This document shows positions 12,136 to 22,000 of a stretch of DNA of 64,000 nt, one piece after another. Position 1 is the stretch's first letter, and every line of letters begins with the position of its first letter. Both the position numbers and the translations under genes were made by a program. Location of the stretch: NCBI RefSeq assembly GCF_058153355.1, contig NZ_CM177019.1; one strand, 5' to 3'. The notes beneath the pieces were generated by a model, which was not told the DNA's origin, searched no databases, and saw only the letters and a list, made by a program, of their open reading frames with translations.

Positions 12136-12795
12136 ATGAGCGAACAAATCACGTTTGCCACCAGCGATTTTGCCAGTAACCCGGAACCACGTTGCCCCTG
12201 CATTTTGCTGTTGGATGTTTCTGGTTCGATGAGTGGTAGACCTATTAATGAACTTAACGCCGGATTGGTTACCTTTCGCGATGAACTGCTTGCCGATTCG
12301 CTGGCCTTAAAAAGAGTGGAACTCGGTATTGTGACGTTCGGCCCGGTGCATGTGGAACAACCATTTACCAGCGCCGCTAATTTTTTCCCGCCCATCCTGT
12401 TTGCCCAGGGCGATACACCAATGGGGGCCGCCATTACCAAAGCCCTGAATATGGTTGAGGAGCGCAAACGTGAGTATCGCGCCAATGGTATTTCCTATTA
12501 TCGTCCGTGGATTTTCCTGATTACCGATGGCGCACCAACCGATGAGTGGCAGGCTGCTGCCAACAAGGTGTTTCAGGGGGAAGAAGATAAGAAGTTTGCC
12601 TTCTTTTCCATCGGTGTTCAGGGGGCGGATATGAAGACGCTGGCCCAAATCAGCGTTCGTCAGCCTTTGCCACTGCAGGGATTACAATTCCGTGAACTGT
12701 TTAGCTGGTTATCCAGTTCGCTGCGTTCGGTTTCCCGCTCCACGCCGGGAACGGAAGTTGTACTGGAAGCGCCAAAAGGCTGGACGTCAGTGTGA
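12136..12795 (+). CDS. yegL: von Willebrand factor A (vWA) domain protein, TerY-like
   Basis: 219-aa ORF; MIDAS motif DVSGSMSG near the N-terminus ([11 protein letters not shown]) and later ITDGAPTD, typical of vWA / TerY proteins. Confidence 0.85.
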   Translation: MSEQITFATSDFASNPEPRCPCILLLDVSGSMSGRPINELNAGLVTFRDELLADSLALKRVELGIVTFGPVHVEQPFTSAANFFPPILFAQGDTPMGAAITKALNMVEERKREYRANGISYYRPWIFLITDGAPTDEWQAAANKVFQGEEDKKFAFFSIGVQGADMKTLAQISVRQPLPLQGLQFRELFSWLSSSLRSVSRSTPGTEVVLEAPKGWTSV

Positions 12796-13553
12796 GCTGG
12801 CGTCTGGTTTATGCATCAGCCGTTGGAACGTCGCACATCAGCGCTGACTTGTCTTGCCAGGATGCCTGCCAGATGCAGGTTGCCTGGCTAGAAGACCAGC
12901 AGCCATTATTGTCGGTATTTGTCGCTGATGGCGCAGGCAGCGTCTCGCAGGGAGGCGAAGGTGCGAAGCTTGCCGTCAATGAAGCGATGGCTTATATATC
13001 GCAAAAAGTGCAGGGTGGGGAATTAGGGCTTAATGATGTTCTCGCCACGGATATTGTACTGACTATTCGTCAGCGACTTTTTGCCGAGGCAGAGGCCAAA
13101 GAATTAGCGGTTCGCGATTTTGCCTGCACATTTCTGGGACTGATTTCATCGCCTAACGGCACATTGATTATGCAGATTGGCGATGGTGGCGTGGTGGTAG
13201 ATTTGGGGCACGGTTTGCAATTGCCGCTCACGCCGATGGTGGGTGAATATGCCAACATGACGCATTTCATTACCGATGAAGATGCCGTTTCCAGACTGGA
13301 AACTTTCACCAGCACTGAGCGTGCGCATAGAGTTGCAGCATTTACGGATGGTATTCAGAGACTGGCGTTAAATATGCTGGATAATTCTCCGCATGTGCCT
13401 TTCTTTACCCCGTTTTTCAATGGACTGGCGTCAGCAACGCAGGAACAACTCGATTTATTACCTGAATTGTTAAAGCAGTTTTTGTCCAGCCCAGCGGTAA
13501 ACGAGCGTACCGATGATGATAAAACGTTAGCACTGGCTATGTGGACAGAATGA
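12792..13553 (+). CDS. yegK: PP2C-family Ser/Thr protein phosphatase (YegK; also called PphC if my recollection is right)
   Basis: 253-aa ORF starting with GTG at 12792, overlapping the yegL stop by 4 bp; metal-binding Asp/Gly motifs VADGAGS and MQIGDGG typical of PP2C phosphatases. Confidence 0.82.
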   Translation: MSWRLVYASAVGTSHISADLSCQDACQMQVAWLEDQQPLLSVFVADGAGSVSQGGEGAKLAVNEAMAYISQKVQGGELGLNDVLATDIVLTIRQRLFAEAEAKELAVRDFACTFLGLISSPNGTLIMQIGDGGVVVDLGHGLQLPLTPMVGEYANMTHFITDEDAVSRLETFTSTERAHRVAAFTDGIQRLALNMLDNSPHVPFFTPFFNGLASATQEQLDLLPELLKQFLSSPAVNERTDDDKTLALAMWTE

Positions 13554-13562
13554 ACATCGCAT

Positions 13563-13590
13563 GGCGGTTGAAGACAACGGTTCAACCGCC
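13563..13590. terminator. Perfect 10-bp inverted repeat (GGCGGTTGAA, 8-nt loop, TTCAACCGCC) between convergent yegK and yegJ
   Basis: Hairpin read directly from the sequence; no strong T-tract on either side, so intrinsic-terminator function is uncertain. Confidence 0.35.
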
Positions 13591-13617
13591 AGTTTAAGCA
13601 ATCAATATAATGGCTGG

Positions 13618-14079
13618 CTAGCGAACTAACTTTGCTCTTAGCTCGTCGGCTTCTTCTTTTGGATAGGTGACCAATAAAGGATCAATGGTATAACCACCGT
13701 AAATTTTATCCCCGCGCGTATACATCCAGTCTGAAATATCTTCTTTCTTGATTTTCCACTCCTGGCCATATTCTACGTTTGTAACAATACCAGGGTCATT
13801 GCTTATTATACCAATAAACATGCCGTTAGAATAAGTCACATCCGTGAGCCAGAAATGCTCGGTTTCTCCGCGATCGGTTATCGGGGCTTTGACTGCGAAA
13901 GTATCAGCATCTTTTTTATTCATAACTTCGATGAATTGATCGGTTTCTTTCCGCGCATGTTTAATCGCGTCAGACATCGCCTTTTTATCATAACCTCCCG
14001 TCACTAACGTATCCGAAACTTCACTAAAGCCCGCGGTAGTAAAAAATAGCAGACACAACATAAGTAATATCTTTTTCAT
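13618..14079 (-). CDS. yegJ: Secreted or periplasmic protein of unknown function YegJ
   Basis: 153-aa ORF with N-terminal signal peptide MKKILLMLCLLFFTTAGFS; convergent with yegK and divergent from yegI. Confidence 0.8.
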   Translation of the reverse strand: MKKILLMLCLLFFTTAGFSEVSDTLVTGGYDKKAMSDAIKHARKETDQFIEVMNKKDADTFAVKAPITDRGETEHFWLTDVTYSNGMFIGIISNDPGIVTNVEYGQEWKIKKEDISDWMYTRGDKIYGGYTIDPLLVTYPKEEADELRAKLVR

Positions 14080-14279
14080 TTTTTCTCCAGAATCCCTGTG
14101 TAGTAAAAGTTAGCAAAAAACCTGTGGAAGTGAATCATTATCAGGTTGGAATTGAATTGTATCCTGATGAAATTGCATTATCATTTTTATTCTTGAGTGG
14201 GACTCTTCCAATATGGAAATAATTATAATGGGCAGTGTTATTATTCATTGAAATATAATATGACTGCCCTTGAAACATT

Positions 14280-16226
14280 ATGAAGAAAAATATAAAAGTA
14301 TTTACATCGACAGGTGAATTGACCACTCTCGGGCGTGAACTGGGCAAAGGTGGCGAAGGCGCGGTTTATGATATCGAGGAGTTTGTCGATAGCGTCGCCA
14401 AGATTTATCACACGCCGCCACCCGCCTTAAAACAGGACAAACTTGCCTTTATGGCTGCGACAGTTGACGCGCAGTTGCTGAATTATGTCACCTGGCCGCA
14501 AGCAACGCTTCATAGTGGACGAGGTGGGAAGGTTATCGGTTTTATGATGCCAAAAGTTTCTGGTAAAGAACCGATTCATATGATCTATAGCCCGGCACAT
14601 CGTCGCCAGAGTTACCCTCATTGTGCGTGGGATTTTCTCCTCTATGTTGCGCGCAATATTGCTTCATCTTTTGCTACGGTTCATGAGCACGGGCACGTCG
14701 TGGGTGACGTAAACCAGAACAGCTTTATGGTAGGTCGCGACAGCAAAGTGGTGTTGATCGATAGTGACTCCTTTCAGATTAACGCCAATGGCACACTGCA
14801 TTTATGCGAAGTCGGCGTGTCGCATTTTACGCCGCCAGAGCTGCAAACCTTGTCGTCATTTGTTGGCTTTGAACGCACAGAAAATCACGATAATTTTGGC
14901 CTTGCATTGCTGATTTTTCACGTCTTGTTTGGTGGGCGGCATCCTTATTCTGGTGTGCCGCTTATCTCTGATGCGGGTAATGCGCTGGAGACGGATATTG
15001 CCCATTTTCGTTATGCCTACGCGTCAGACAATCAGAGACGTGGCTTAAAACCGCCGCCACGATCGATTCCGCTATCGATGTTACCGGGTGATGTTGCAGC
15101 CATGTTTCAGCAGGCATTCACGGAAAGTGGCGTGGCAACCTCGCGTCCGACGGCAAAAGCGTGGGTAGCGGCACTGGATTCTCTACGCCAACAGTTAAAG
15201 AAATGTACCGTTTCAGCAATGCATGTTTACCCTGGTCATTTAACCGACTGCCCGTGGTGTACACTGGATAATCAAGGCGTTATCTATTTTATTGATCTTG
15301 GCGAAGAGGTGATTACCACCGGCGGTGATTTTGTGCTGGCGAAAGTCTGGGCGATGGTGATGGCGTCAGTAGCACCGCCAGCACTACAGTTACCATTACC
15401 CGCTCATTTCCAACCAGCTGGCAGGCCGCTTCCTTTAGGCCTGTTACGGCGTGAATACATTATTCTGATTGAGATCGCACTGTCAGCGTTATCGCTGTTG
15501 CTTTGCGGTCTTCAGGCAGAACCGCGTTATATTATTTTGGTGCCTGTGCTGGCGGCTATCTGGATTATTGGCAGTCTGACAAGCAAAGCTTACAAAGCAG
15601 AAGTCCAGCACCGTCGTGAGGTATTTAATCGTGCGAAAATGGACTATGACCATTTAGTCAGCCAGATCCAACAGTTGGGCGGGTTGGAAGGTTTTATCGC
15701 CAAACGGACGATGCTCGAAAAAATGAAGGACGAAATTCTCGGTTTACCGGAAGAAGAAAAGCGCGCGGTGGCAGCACTTCATGACACCGCAAGGGAACGG
15801 CAGAAGCAGAAGTTTCTGGAGGGATTTTTTATTGATGTTGCCTCTATTCCCGGCGTTGGCCCTGCGCGTAAAGCGGCGTTACGGTCTTTTGGTATTGAAA
15901 CAGCAGCAGATGTTACCCGTCGTGGTGTTAAGCAAGTGAAAGGGTTTGGTGACCATCTGACCCAGGCGGTTATCGACTGGAAAGCGAGTTGCGAACGCCG
16001 TTTTGTGTTCAGGCCGAATGAAGCGGTAACGCCAGCAGACAGACAAGCGGTAATGGCGAAAATGACCGCCAAACGACATCGGCTGGAATCGGCGCTGACT
16101 GTCGGCGCGACAGAGTTGCAGCGATTCCGCCTTCATGCTCCTGCACGGACCATGCCGTTGATGGAACCATTACGTCAGGCAGCGGAGAAACTGGCTCAGG
16201 CGCAGGCTGATTTAAGCCGCTGCTGA
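14280..16226 (+). CDS. yegI: Membrane-associated eukaryote-like Ser/Thr protein kinase YegI
   Basis: 648-aa ORF; kinase-like N-terminal half (GKGGEGAVYDI glycine-rich loop, VGDVNQNSFMV catalytic-loop-like, IDSDSFQ DFG-like), central hydrophobic segment, C-terminal helix-hairpin-helix-like motifs. Confidence 0.85.
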   Translation: MKKNIKVFTSTGELTTLGRELGKGGEGAVYDIEEFVDSVAKIYHTPPPALKQDKLAFMAATVDAQLLNYVTWPQATLHSGRGGKVIGFMMPKVSGKEPIHMIYSPAHRRQSYPHCAWDFLLYVARNIASSFATVHEHGHVVGDVNQNSFMVGRDSKVVLIDSDSFQINANGTLHLCEVGVSHFTPPELQTLSSFVGFERTENHDNFGLALLIFHVLFGGRHPYSGVPLISDAGNALETDIAHFRYAYASDNQRRGLKPPPRSIPLSMLPGDVAAMFQQAFTESGVATSRPTAKAWVAALDSLRQQLKKCTVSAMHVYPGHLTDCPWCTLDNQGVIYFIDLGEEVITTGGDFVLAKVWAMVMASVAPPALQLPLPAHFQPAGRPLPLGLLRREYIILIEIALSALSLLLCGLQAEPRYIILVPVLAAIWIIGSLTSKAYKAEVQHRREVFNRAKMDYDHLVSQIQQLGGLEGFIAKRTMLEKMKDEILGLPEEEKRAVAALHDTARERQKQKFLEGFFIDVASIPGVGPARKAALRSFGIETAADVTRRGVKQVKGFGDHLTQAVIDWKASCERRFVFRPNEAVTPADRQAVMAKMTAKRHRLESALTVGATELQRFRLHAPARTMPLMEPLRQAAEKLAQAQADLSRC

Positions 16227-16238
16227 GCCATTTTTCAA

Positions 16239-17591
16239 TTAACGAAACACCACTTCTGCCCAACGTGCCAGCCCGGCGGTAACCGACCCAAAGTCATCGC
16301 CGCCTGCAATTGGAATGCCCGGCAACTGTTCTGCCAGCGCTTTTTTAATCAGCGGTGATCGGGCGCTACCACCAGTCAGATAGATGACATCCGGTTTTTC
16401 CTGGGCGTTATCCAGCGCCAGTTGCACCTGTTCCAGAATTCGCGCCAGCGGCTGACTGAGGGCGTTTTCCAGTCCTTGTTGGCTAATCAGTGTTGCCAGT
16501 TCATCGCTGATAAACGGCAGCGATGCGCGGGTTTCCGCTGCGCTGGAAAGGGCGATTTTGCTCTCTTCCGCGCTGCGTACCAGCCGATAACTTAAACGCT
16601 GACGCCAGACTTTCTGTAACAGGGCCACTTTCTCCGGTTCGCGGGCGTCGCGTACCAGGTCGTTAAGCAGACGACCGTTAGCACTACTGTAGAAATCACT
16701 CTGCGCTGGTACATCGTTGATGGCAACCGCATTCCACCACGGCAGGATCGGCAGGGCGATGCCTTTTTCGGTTTCGCCACCCATGCCCAGTAACGGCATC
16801 AGGTTTTTAAACGCCAGCGCGATATCCAGATCGTTACCACCAATACGGCAACCACTATGACCCAGCAGGCTGGCTTCACGATCGAGACGCGAACGCCACT
16901 GTGGCCCCATTAGCAGTAAAGAACAGTCAGTCGTACCACCACCAATATCCACCACCAGCACCCGTTTTTCTTCCTGCAAGGTGGCTTCGTAATCCAGCCC
17001 AGCCGCCACCGGCTCGTACTGGAATACCACATCCTTAAACCCGGCACGCTTCGCTGCGCGCTCCAGAATCCCTTGTGCCTGGGCGTTTGCTTCATCGCCG
17101 CCCAGCCCCTGGAAGTTGATCGGGCGACCAATCACCGCCTGGGTAATCGCTTCTGGCAATTGCGCCTGCGCCTGTTGGCGAATGTGCAGCATCATTGCGC
17201 AGACCAGATCCTCAAACAGCGCTACCTGCTGCGGTTTTAAGCCGCTGGCACCGAGGAACGATTTTGGTGATTTCACAAACCACACTTCTTCCGGATCATC
17301 AATGTATTGTGCCAGTGAAGAAAGACCGAACTGCACGCTTTTCGCCGTGACATCGATATCTTCTTCGCGGTTATAACGAATTGCCCGACGTAATAGCGCC
17401 TGCGTTTCATTGTCGTCTGCCGGAACATCATGATGGCGGTACAGCCATTCGCTTACCGCTTCACGCGTTGGCGCGCAAAGCATTGAAGGCAGCAGCGTGC
17501 TGTCGTTTTCCATTTTCAGTAATTGCGGTTTACCGTCACGCATGACCGCCACTGAACAGTTTGCTGTACCGTAATCAAAACCAATAAACAC
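16239..17591 (-). CDS. yegD: Hsp70-family (actin-like ATPase) protein YegD
   Basis: Chosen start is the GTG at 17589-17591, giving 450 aa beginning (M)FIGFDYGTANCSVAV (phosphate-1 motif of Hsp70/actin fold); later VVDIGGGTTD. The ORF-track 471-aa form is an upstream extension. Confidence 0.85.
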   Translation of the reverse strand: MFIGFDYGTANCSVAVMRDGKPQLLKMENDSTLLPSMLCAPTREAVSEWLYRHHDVPADDNETQALLRRAIRYNREEDIDVTAKSVQFGLSSLAQYIDDPEEVWFVKSPKSFLGASGLKPQQVALFEDLVCAMMLHIRQQAQAQLPEAITQAVIGRPINFQGLGGDEANAQAQGILERAAKRAGFKDVVFQYEPVAAGLDYEATLQEEKRVLVVDIGGGTTDCSLLLMGPQWRSRLDREASLLGHSGCRIGGNDLDIALAFKNLMPLLGMGGETEKGIALPILPWWNAVAINDVPAQSDFYSSANGRLLNDLVRDAREPEKVALLQKVWRQRLSYRLVRSAEESKIALSSAAETRASLPFISDELATLISQQGLENALSQPLARILEQVQLALDNAQEKPDVIYLTGGSARSPLIKKALAEQLPGIPIAGGDDFGSVTAGLARWAEVVFR

Positions 17592-17663
17592 GAAATAATC
17601 CCCATGCCGGTGAAGAAGGGGCGTGACTTTAGCGAAATGTTGCCGTCGCGACAACCGGAATAT

Positions 17664-17677
17664 GAAAGCAAAGCGCA
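17664..17677 (+). promoter_or_regulatory. Ada box of the alkA promoter (GAAAGCAAAGCGCA)
   Basis: Matches the Ada-binding motif AAANNAAAGCGCA, ~50 nt upstream of the alkA ATG. Confidence 0.55.
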
Positions 17678-17724
17678 GCGTCTGAATAACGTTTATGCTG
17701 AAAGCGGATAAACAAGGAGAAGCG

Positions 17725-18573
17725 ATGTATACCCTGAACTGGCAGCCGCCATATGACTGGTCGTGGATGTTGGGATTTCTCGCCGCCCGCGCGGTGAGCG
17801 GCGTGGAAACGGTCGCTGACGATTTTTATGCCCGTAGTCTGGCGGTGGGCGAATATCGCGGCGTGGTGACTGCTATTCCGGATATAGCCAGCCATACTCT
17901 GCACATAAATTTAAGTGCAGGTTTAGAACCTGTTGCCGCTGAGTGTCTGGCGAAAATGAGCCGCCTGTTTGATCTGCAATGTCACCCGCAGATTGTTAAC
18001 GGTGCGTTGGGCAAGTTAGGCGCGGCGCGGCCCGGATTGCGTTTACCTGGTTGTGTTGATGCTTTTGAGCAGGGCGTGCGGGCGATTTTAGGCCAACTGG
18101 TGAGCGTGGCGATGGCGGCAAAATTGACCGCCAGAGTGGCACAGCTTTATGGCGAACGGCTGGATGATTTTCCGGATTATGTCTGCTTCCCCACGCCTCA
18201 GCGGCTGGCTGCAGCCGACCCGCAGGCATTAAAAGTGTTAGGTATGCCGTTGAAACGGGCAGAGGCGCTGATTCATCTGGCAAATGCGGCGCTGGAGGGC
18301 ACCTTACCAATGACAATACCGAGCGACGTAGAACAAGCGATGAAAACGCTGCAAACTTTTCCGGGTATCGGGCGCTGGACGGCGAATTATTTCGCCTTAC
18401 GTGGTTGGCAGGCGAAAGATGTTTTCCTGCCGGATGATTATCTGATTAAACAGCGATTTCCGGGAATGACACCGGCACAAATCCGCCGTTATGCCGAACG
18501 CTGGAAGCCCTGGCGTTCTTATGCGCTGTTGCATATCTGGTATACGGAAGGCTGGCAACCAGACGAAGCATGA
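17725..18573 (+). CDS. alkA: 3-methyladenine DNA glycosylase II (AlkA)
   Basis: Start chosen at the internal ATG (MYTLNWQPPYDWSWMLGFL...), giving 282 aa; HhH-GPD glycosylase region (FPGIGRWTANYFALRG). Confidence 0.92.
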   Translation: MYTLNWQPPYDWSWMLGFLAARAVSGVETVADDFYARSLAVGEYRGVVTAIPDIASHTLHINLSAGLEPVAAECLAKMSRLFDLQCHPQIVNGALGKLGAARPGLRLPGCVDAFEQGVRAILGQLVSVAMAAKLTARVAQLYGERLDDFPDYVCFPTPQRLAAADPQALKVLGMPLKRAEALIHLANAALEGTLPMTIPSDVEQAMKTLQTFPGIGRWTANYFALRGWQAKDVFLPDDYLIKQRFPGMTPAQIRRYAERWKPWRSYALLHIWYTEGWQPDEA

Positions 18574-18576
18574 CGT

Positions 18577-18668
18577 TGGTCGCCGGATGCGGTGCGAGCG
18601 CCTTATCCGGCCTGGGGAATGAGCGATTTGTAGGCATGATAAGACGCGTTAGCGTCGCATCAGGCAAT
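18577..18668. repeat. REP/BIME palindromic elements after alkA
   Basis: Contains GCCGGATGCGG...CGCCTTATCCGGCC and GTAGGCATGATAAGACGCG...CGTCGCATCAGGCA, the canonical REP inverted pair. Confidence 0.7.
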
Positions 18669-18682
18669 GGGCAAACGCTCCC

Positions 18683-21600
18683 TCAGTTAATCGCGAAATA
18701 ACTGCTATTCACCAGCAAATCCAGCGGTTGGGCATCGGCAATCACATCGCCATAAATCAGATCGACGCCGATGCCAGAAAGCGTATCCATCACTAAGGGT
18801 AAAACAACTGGCCCGGCGATAGTCTTCACCCCGAGTCGCTGAGCGTGCCCCTGAATAATCGTAATCAGCATCTCATCCATCAAATTACCCTGCACGCTGG
18901 CGCATAGCTCACCGTCAAGTAGCAGGTAATCTGCCATATTCGCTTTCAGCGTGTTGAAAATTTGCAGATCGCGACCCACCTGGCTGAGCACTATCCGACA
19001 TCCCGCCAGCCGTAGTTTTTGCACGCTTTCTGCGTGATCGAAAACCGCTTCTGCCGGAATAATCAGATGTAATAACCGTGGTGGTAGAGGGTTATTTTCC
19101 AGTTGCTCAAGCAGTTCATTCACCAGCGCGGCGCTACTCAAGCCGGCAACAGAAAGGGGGAGGGCGATGCTTAAGCCTTTACTGGCAATCGCTTTTGCGG
19201 TCTGCTGGAAAAATTCATGGAGTACCCGGCGGTCAAGAGCATGGTTAAGCGCCGGATCACCGAAGCTACGACGAAATGTTTGTTCATCAAAAATCTCGCC
19301 TTCGCAACCCCAGAGTTTTAGTGATATCAACCACAAATTACGCGCTTCCGGGATCCGTGGCGAAGCGACGCCGTGGGCGATCATCATCAACTGATTCTCT
19401 TTAATCATCCGCCACTGTTCATCAATCGACATCGCCGCCCGTTCGCTATGTGCGTCAGCTTGCTGCGGTTCGTAAACTGTCACCCGGCCGCGGCCACCAT
19501 TTTTGGAGGCATAACAGGCGATGTCAGCCTGCGACATCACTTCAACCGCCTGATGATTGTTGTCATCAATCAAGGTAATCCCGGCACTGGCACCTACCCG
19601 ATGTACACGTCCTTCCCATATAAAGTGATAGTCATTCACGGCGCTGATAATGCGTGTAGCGATAAAACGCGCACTTTCGACATTACAATCTGGCAGCAGC
19701 AGACCAAATTCATCGCCACCGAGTCGCGCAAGTACGTCGCTGGAGCGCAGCATACTCAGCATCAATGACGCCAGTTCGCGCAACAAAGCGTCGCCAGCGG
19801 CGTGTCCGGCGCTGTCATTCACCGCTTTAAAGCGATCAAGATCGATAAACACCAGGGCATGTCGCTGATGTGTACTGTTTACCGTTTGCAGCAGGATGCG
19901 TAGTTGCTTCTCAAAACTGGCGCGATTGGCGAGATGCGTCAGTGCATCATGGGAGGCGCTGTAGCTCAGCTGGCGCAGCATTTTGCGTGATTCGGTGACG
20001 TCCTGAATCACCAGAACCGAGCCTATATTGCTGCCGTCCAGAGTACTTAACGGTGTAATACTGTAATGCACGTCGTAGCTGCCGCCGCTCCGGCAGTGCA
20101 ACACCACATCTTGTTCAATCGCAGAACGTGAGGTGTCGGCACTGTAAATGTTCTCCATTAATGGCCCGTTGTCGCCAAAAGTAATATGCAACACCGTCAG
20201 GAGCGGAACACCTAACGCTTCTTCCTGCGTCCAGCCGCTCATCTTCTCCGCCACTGGATTCATAAAGGTAATTTTCATCGCCATGTCAATACAGACCACG
20301 GCTTCGCCGATGGAGTCCAGCGTAATATGCAGGCGCTCTTTTTCCTGAAACAGTGCCTCGTTAAGCTGTTTCACTTCAGTCATATCCATATTGATGCCAA
20401 GCAGGCGTTCAACTTCGCCTTCTTTATTCAGTACCCGGTTAGCGAGGGCGCGGATATGGCGAATACCGTCTTTCACGGTAATGCGAAATTCCAGTTTAAA
20501 GGGAGAGCGCGATTGCAATGAATCGCGAATCACTTTTTCGGCGTGCTGGCGATCTTCCGGCAGCACGCACTCGTACCACACCTGCCAGTTCGGTTTGATA
20601 TGCGGAGGAATTTCATACAGCTCGAACATCCGCTTATCCCAGCTAAAAATATTCGGCTTTAGCTCCCACTCCCAGATGCCAATCCCGCCCGCTTCGTTAG
20701 CCAGCGTGATGCGCTCCATCAGTTGCTGGTTCACCTGTTCGGTGCGTTTTAGCTCGTTAATGTCTTCAATCTGAGCGATAAAATAGAGCGGCGTACCATC
20801 GGTGTGGCGCACTAGTGAGACGGCAAGCAACGCCCAGACAACATCGCCATTGCGGTTGTAGTAGCGTTTTTCCATTGAATAGGTGTTTATTTCACCGCTT
20901 ATCAGCTTTTCAACCTGTTGCAGATCTTTATTGAGATCCTCCGGCCAGGTCAGTTGCTGAAAGGTGAGTCCGCGCAGTTCTTCCTGACTGTAACCGAGAA
21001 ACTGGCAGAGCGCTTTGTTGGATTGCAGCCATTGCCCCTCGGTGCCCACTAATGCCATGCCGATGGCGGAATATTCCATCGCGTTCCGAAAACGGGTTTC
21101 GCTTTCGGAAATGTGTTTGCGTTCCGCACGAAAGGCATACATCACCATCGTCATGATGTTGGCGGGCAGCAGGATCAGTAAAAACGGTAGCCACGGCATA
21201 TGGCTCATCAGGTACGTCCGCGGCGTAGCAAGCAGGGAGGGATCCGCGGCCATCATCAGCGACACCATCATCACCGTGGTAAGGAAAATCAAAAAGGCTT
21301 CCATTCGTGGCAGGCGCACGGCGCTCCACATCAGCAGCACAATAATGAAAGTAAAAGGCCACGGTAGATACAGCATCGAAAGCCAGCTTAACGTCAGTGT
21401 GATGGCTAACGTGAGCAGTGACTCAAAAAGCAACCTTGGGTTGCGATGGCGCAGCAGATAGTGTGGTTTAAATAACAATCCCAGCGGCACCAGTGCCAGG
21501 GCGCCGATGGATTCTGACAGTACCCATATCAAAAATGCCCTGAGAGGATCGTCTCCGGGCGTCAGCAGGACAACCAGAACACCCCCTAACAGAGGTGGAA

Positions 21601-22000
21601 CAATGGCGCTGCCGAATGCCAGACGCAGCCAGTCAGCCAGATTTTGCAATGGGTTATACCACGGCAGCAATTTACGCAGTAGCACTGCCCCGACCACGGC
21701 TTCAACAATATTGATGGTCGTCCAGGTCATGTTCAGCGAGCTGGTGGAAAAAAGCAGGATGGATGCGGCGATATTTCCCAGCGAGCAGCTCAGCGCTATT
21801 CCCGGCCACATGCGCCCGGCATGGCGATAAAACGCCACCATCATGATGGACGTCGGGAACCACAGTGGGGCGAGTTGGGTGCCAAACTGCGAAAGCTCAA
21901 GCGAGAAAAGGGTAAAGATAAACGAGACTAAACCTAAACTGACCAGGTGAAGCAGCGGGTGGGGCAGGGCAATTAATACATGCTGTGATTGTTTGCTCAT
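18683..22000 (-). CDS. dgcE: Diguanylate cyclase DgcE (YegE): membrane MASE1-like region, PAS domains, GGDEF, degenerate EAL
   Basis: 1105-aa ORF; hydrophobic N-terminal third; GGDEF motif present (ARLGGDEFGLL); C-terminal EAL-like region. Confidence 0.9.
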   Translation of the reverse strand: MSKQSQHVLIALPHPLLHLVSLGLVSFIFTLFSLELSQFGTQLAPLWFPTSIMMVAFYRHAGRMWPGIALSCSLGNIAASILLFSTSSLNMTWTTINIVEAVVGAVLLRKLLPWYNPLQNLADWLRLAFGSAIVPPLLGGVLVVLLTPGDDPLRAFLIWVLSESIGALALVPLGLLFKPHYLLRHRNPRLLFESLLTLAITLTLSWLSMLYLPWPFTFIIVLLMWSAVRLPRMEAFLIFLTTVMMVSLMMAADPSLLATPRTYLMSHMPWLPFLLILLPANIMTMVMYAFRAERKHISESETRFRNAMEYSAIGMALVGTEGQWLQSNKALCQFLGYSQEELRGLTFQQLTWPEDLNKDLQQVEKLISGEINTYSMEKRYYNRNGDVVWALLAVSLVRHTDGTPLYFIAQIEDINELKRTEQVNQQLMERITLANEAGGIGIWEWELKPNIFSWDKRMFELYEIPPHIKPNWQVWYECVLPEDRQHAEKVIRDSLQSRSPFKLEFRITVKDGIRHIRALANRVLNKEGEVERLLGINMDMTEVKQLNEALFQEKERLHITLDSIGEAVVCIDMAMKITFMNPVAEKMSGWTQEEALGVPLLTVLHITFGDNGPLMENIYSADTSRSAIEQDVVLHCRSGGSYDVHYSITPLSTLDGSNIGSVLVIQDVTESRKMLRQLSYSASHDALTHLANRASFEKQLRILLQTVNSTHQRHALVFIDLDRFKAVNDSAGHAAGDALLRELASLMLSMLRSSDVLARLGGDEFGLLLPDCNVESARFIATRIISAVNDYHFIWEGRVHRVGASAGITLIDDNNHQAVEVMSQADIACYASKNGGRGRVTVYEPQQADAHSERAAMSIDEQWRMIKENQLMMIAHGVASPRIPEARNLWLISLKLWGCEGEIFDEQTFRRSFGDPALNHALDRRVLHEFFQQTAKAIASKGLSIALPLSVAGLSSAALVNELLEQLENNPLPPRLLHLIIPAEAVFDHAESVQKLRLAGCRIVLSQVGRDLQIFNTLKANMADYLLLDGELCASVQGNLMDEMLITIIQGHAQRLGVKTIAGPVVLPLVMDTLSGIGVDLIYGDVIADAQPLDLLVNSSYFAIN

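Noticed and set aside
12108-12648. Minus-strand ORFs (125 aa and 113 aa) overlapping yegL
   Set aside because: They are antisense to a gene with clear vWA motifs and have no features of their own.
14141-14347. 68-aa minus-strand ORF in the yegJ-yegI intergenic region
   Set aside because: It lies in an AT-rich divergent promoter region, is low-complexity, and overlaps the yegI start; most likely non-coding.
17695-17724. Ten-codon N-terminal extension of alkA (MLKADKQGEA) from the ORF track
   Set aside because: The extension would overlap the Ada box and promoter; the internal ATG gives the expected 282-aa AlkA.
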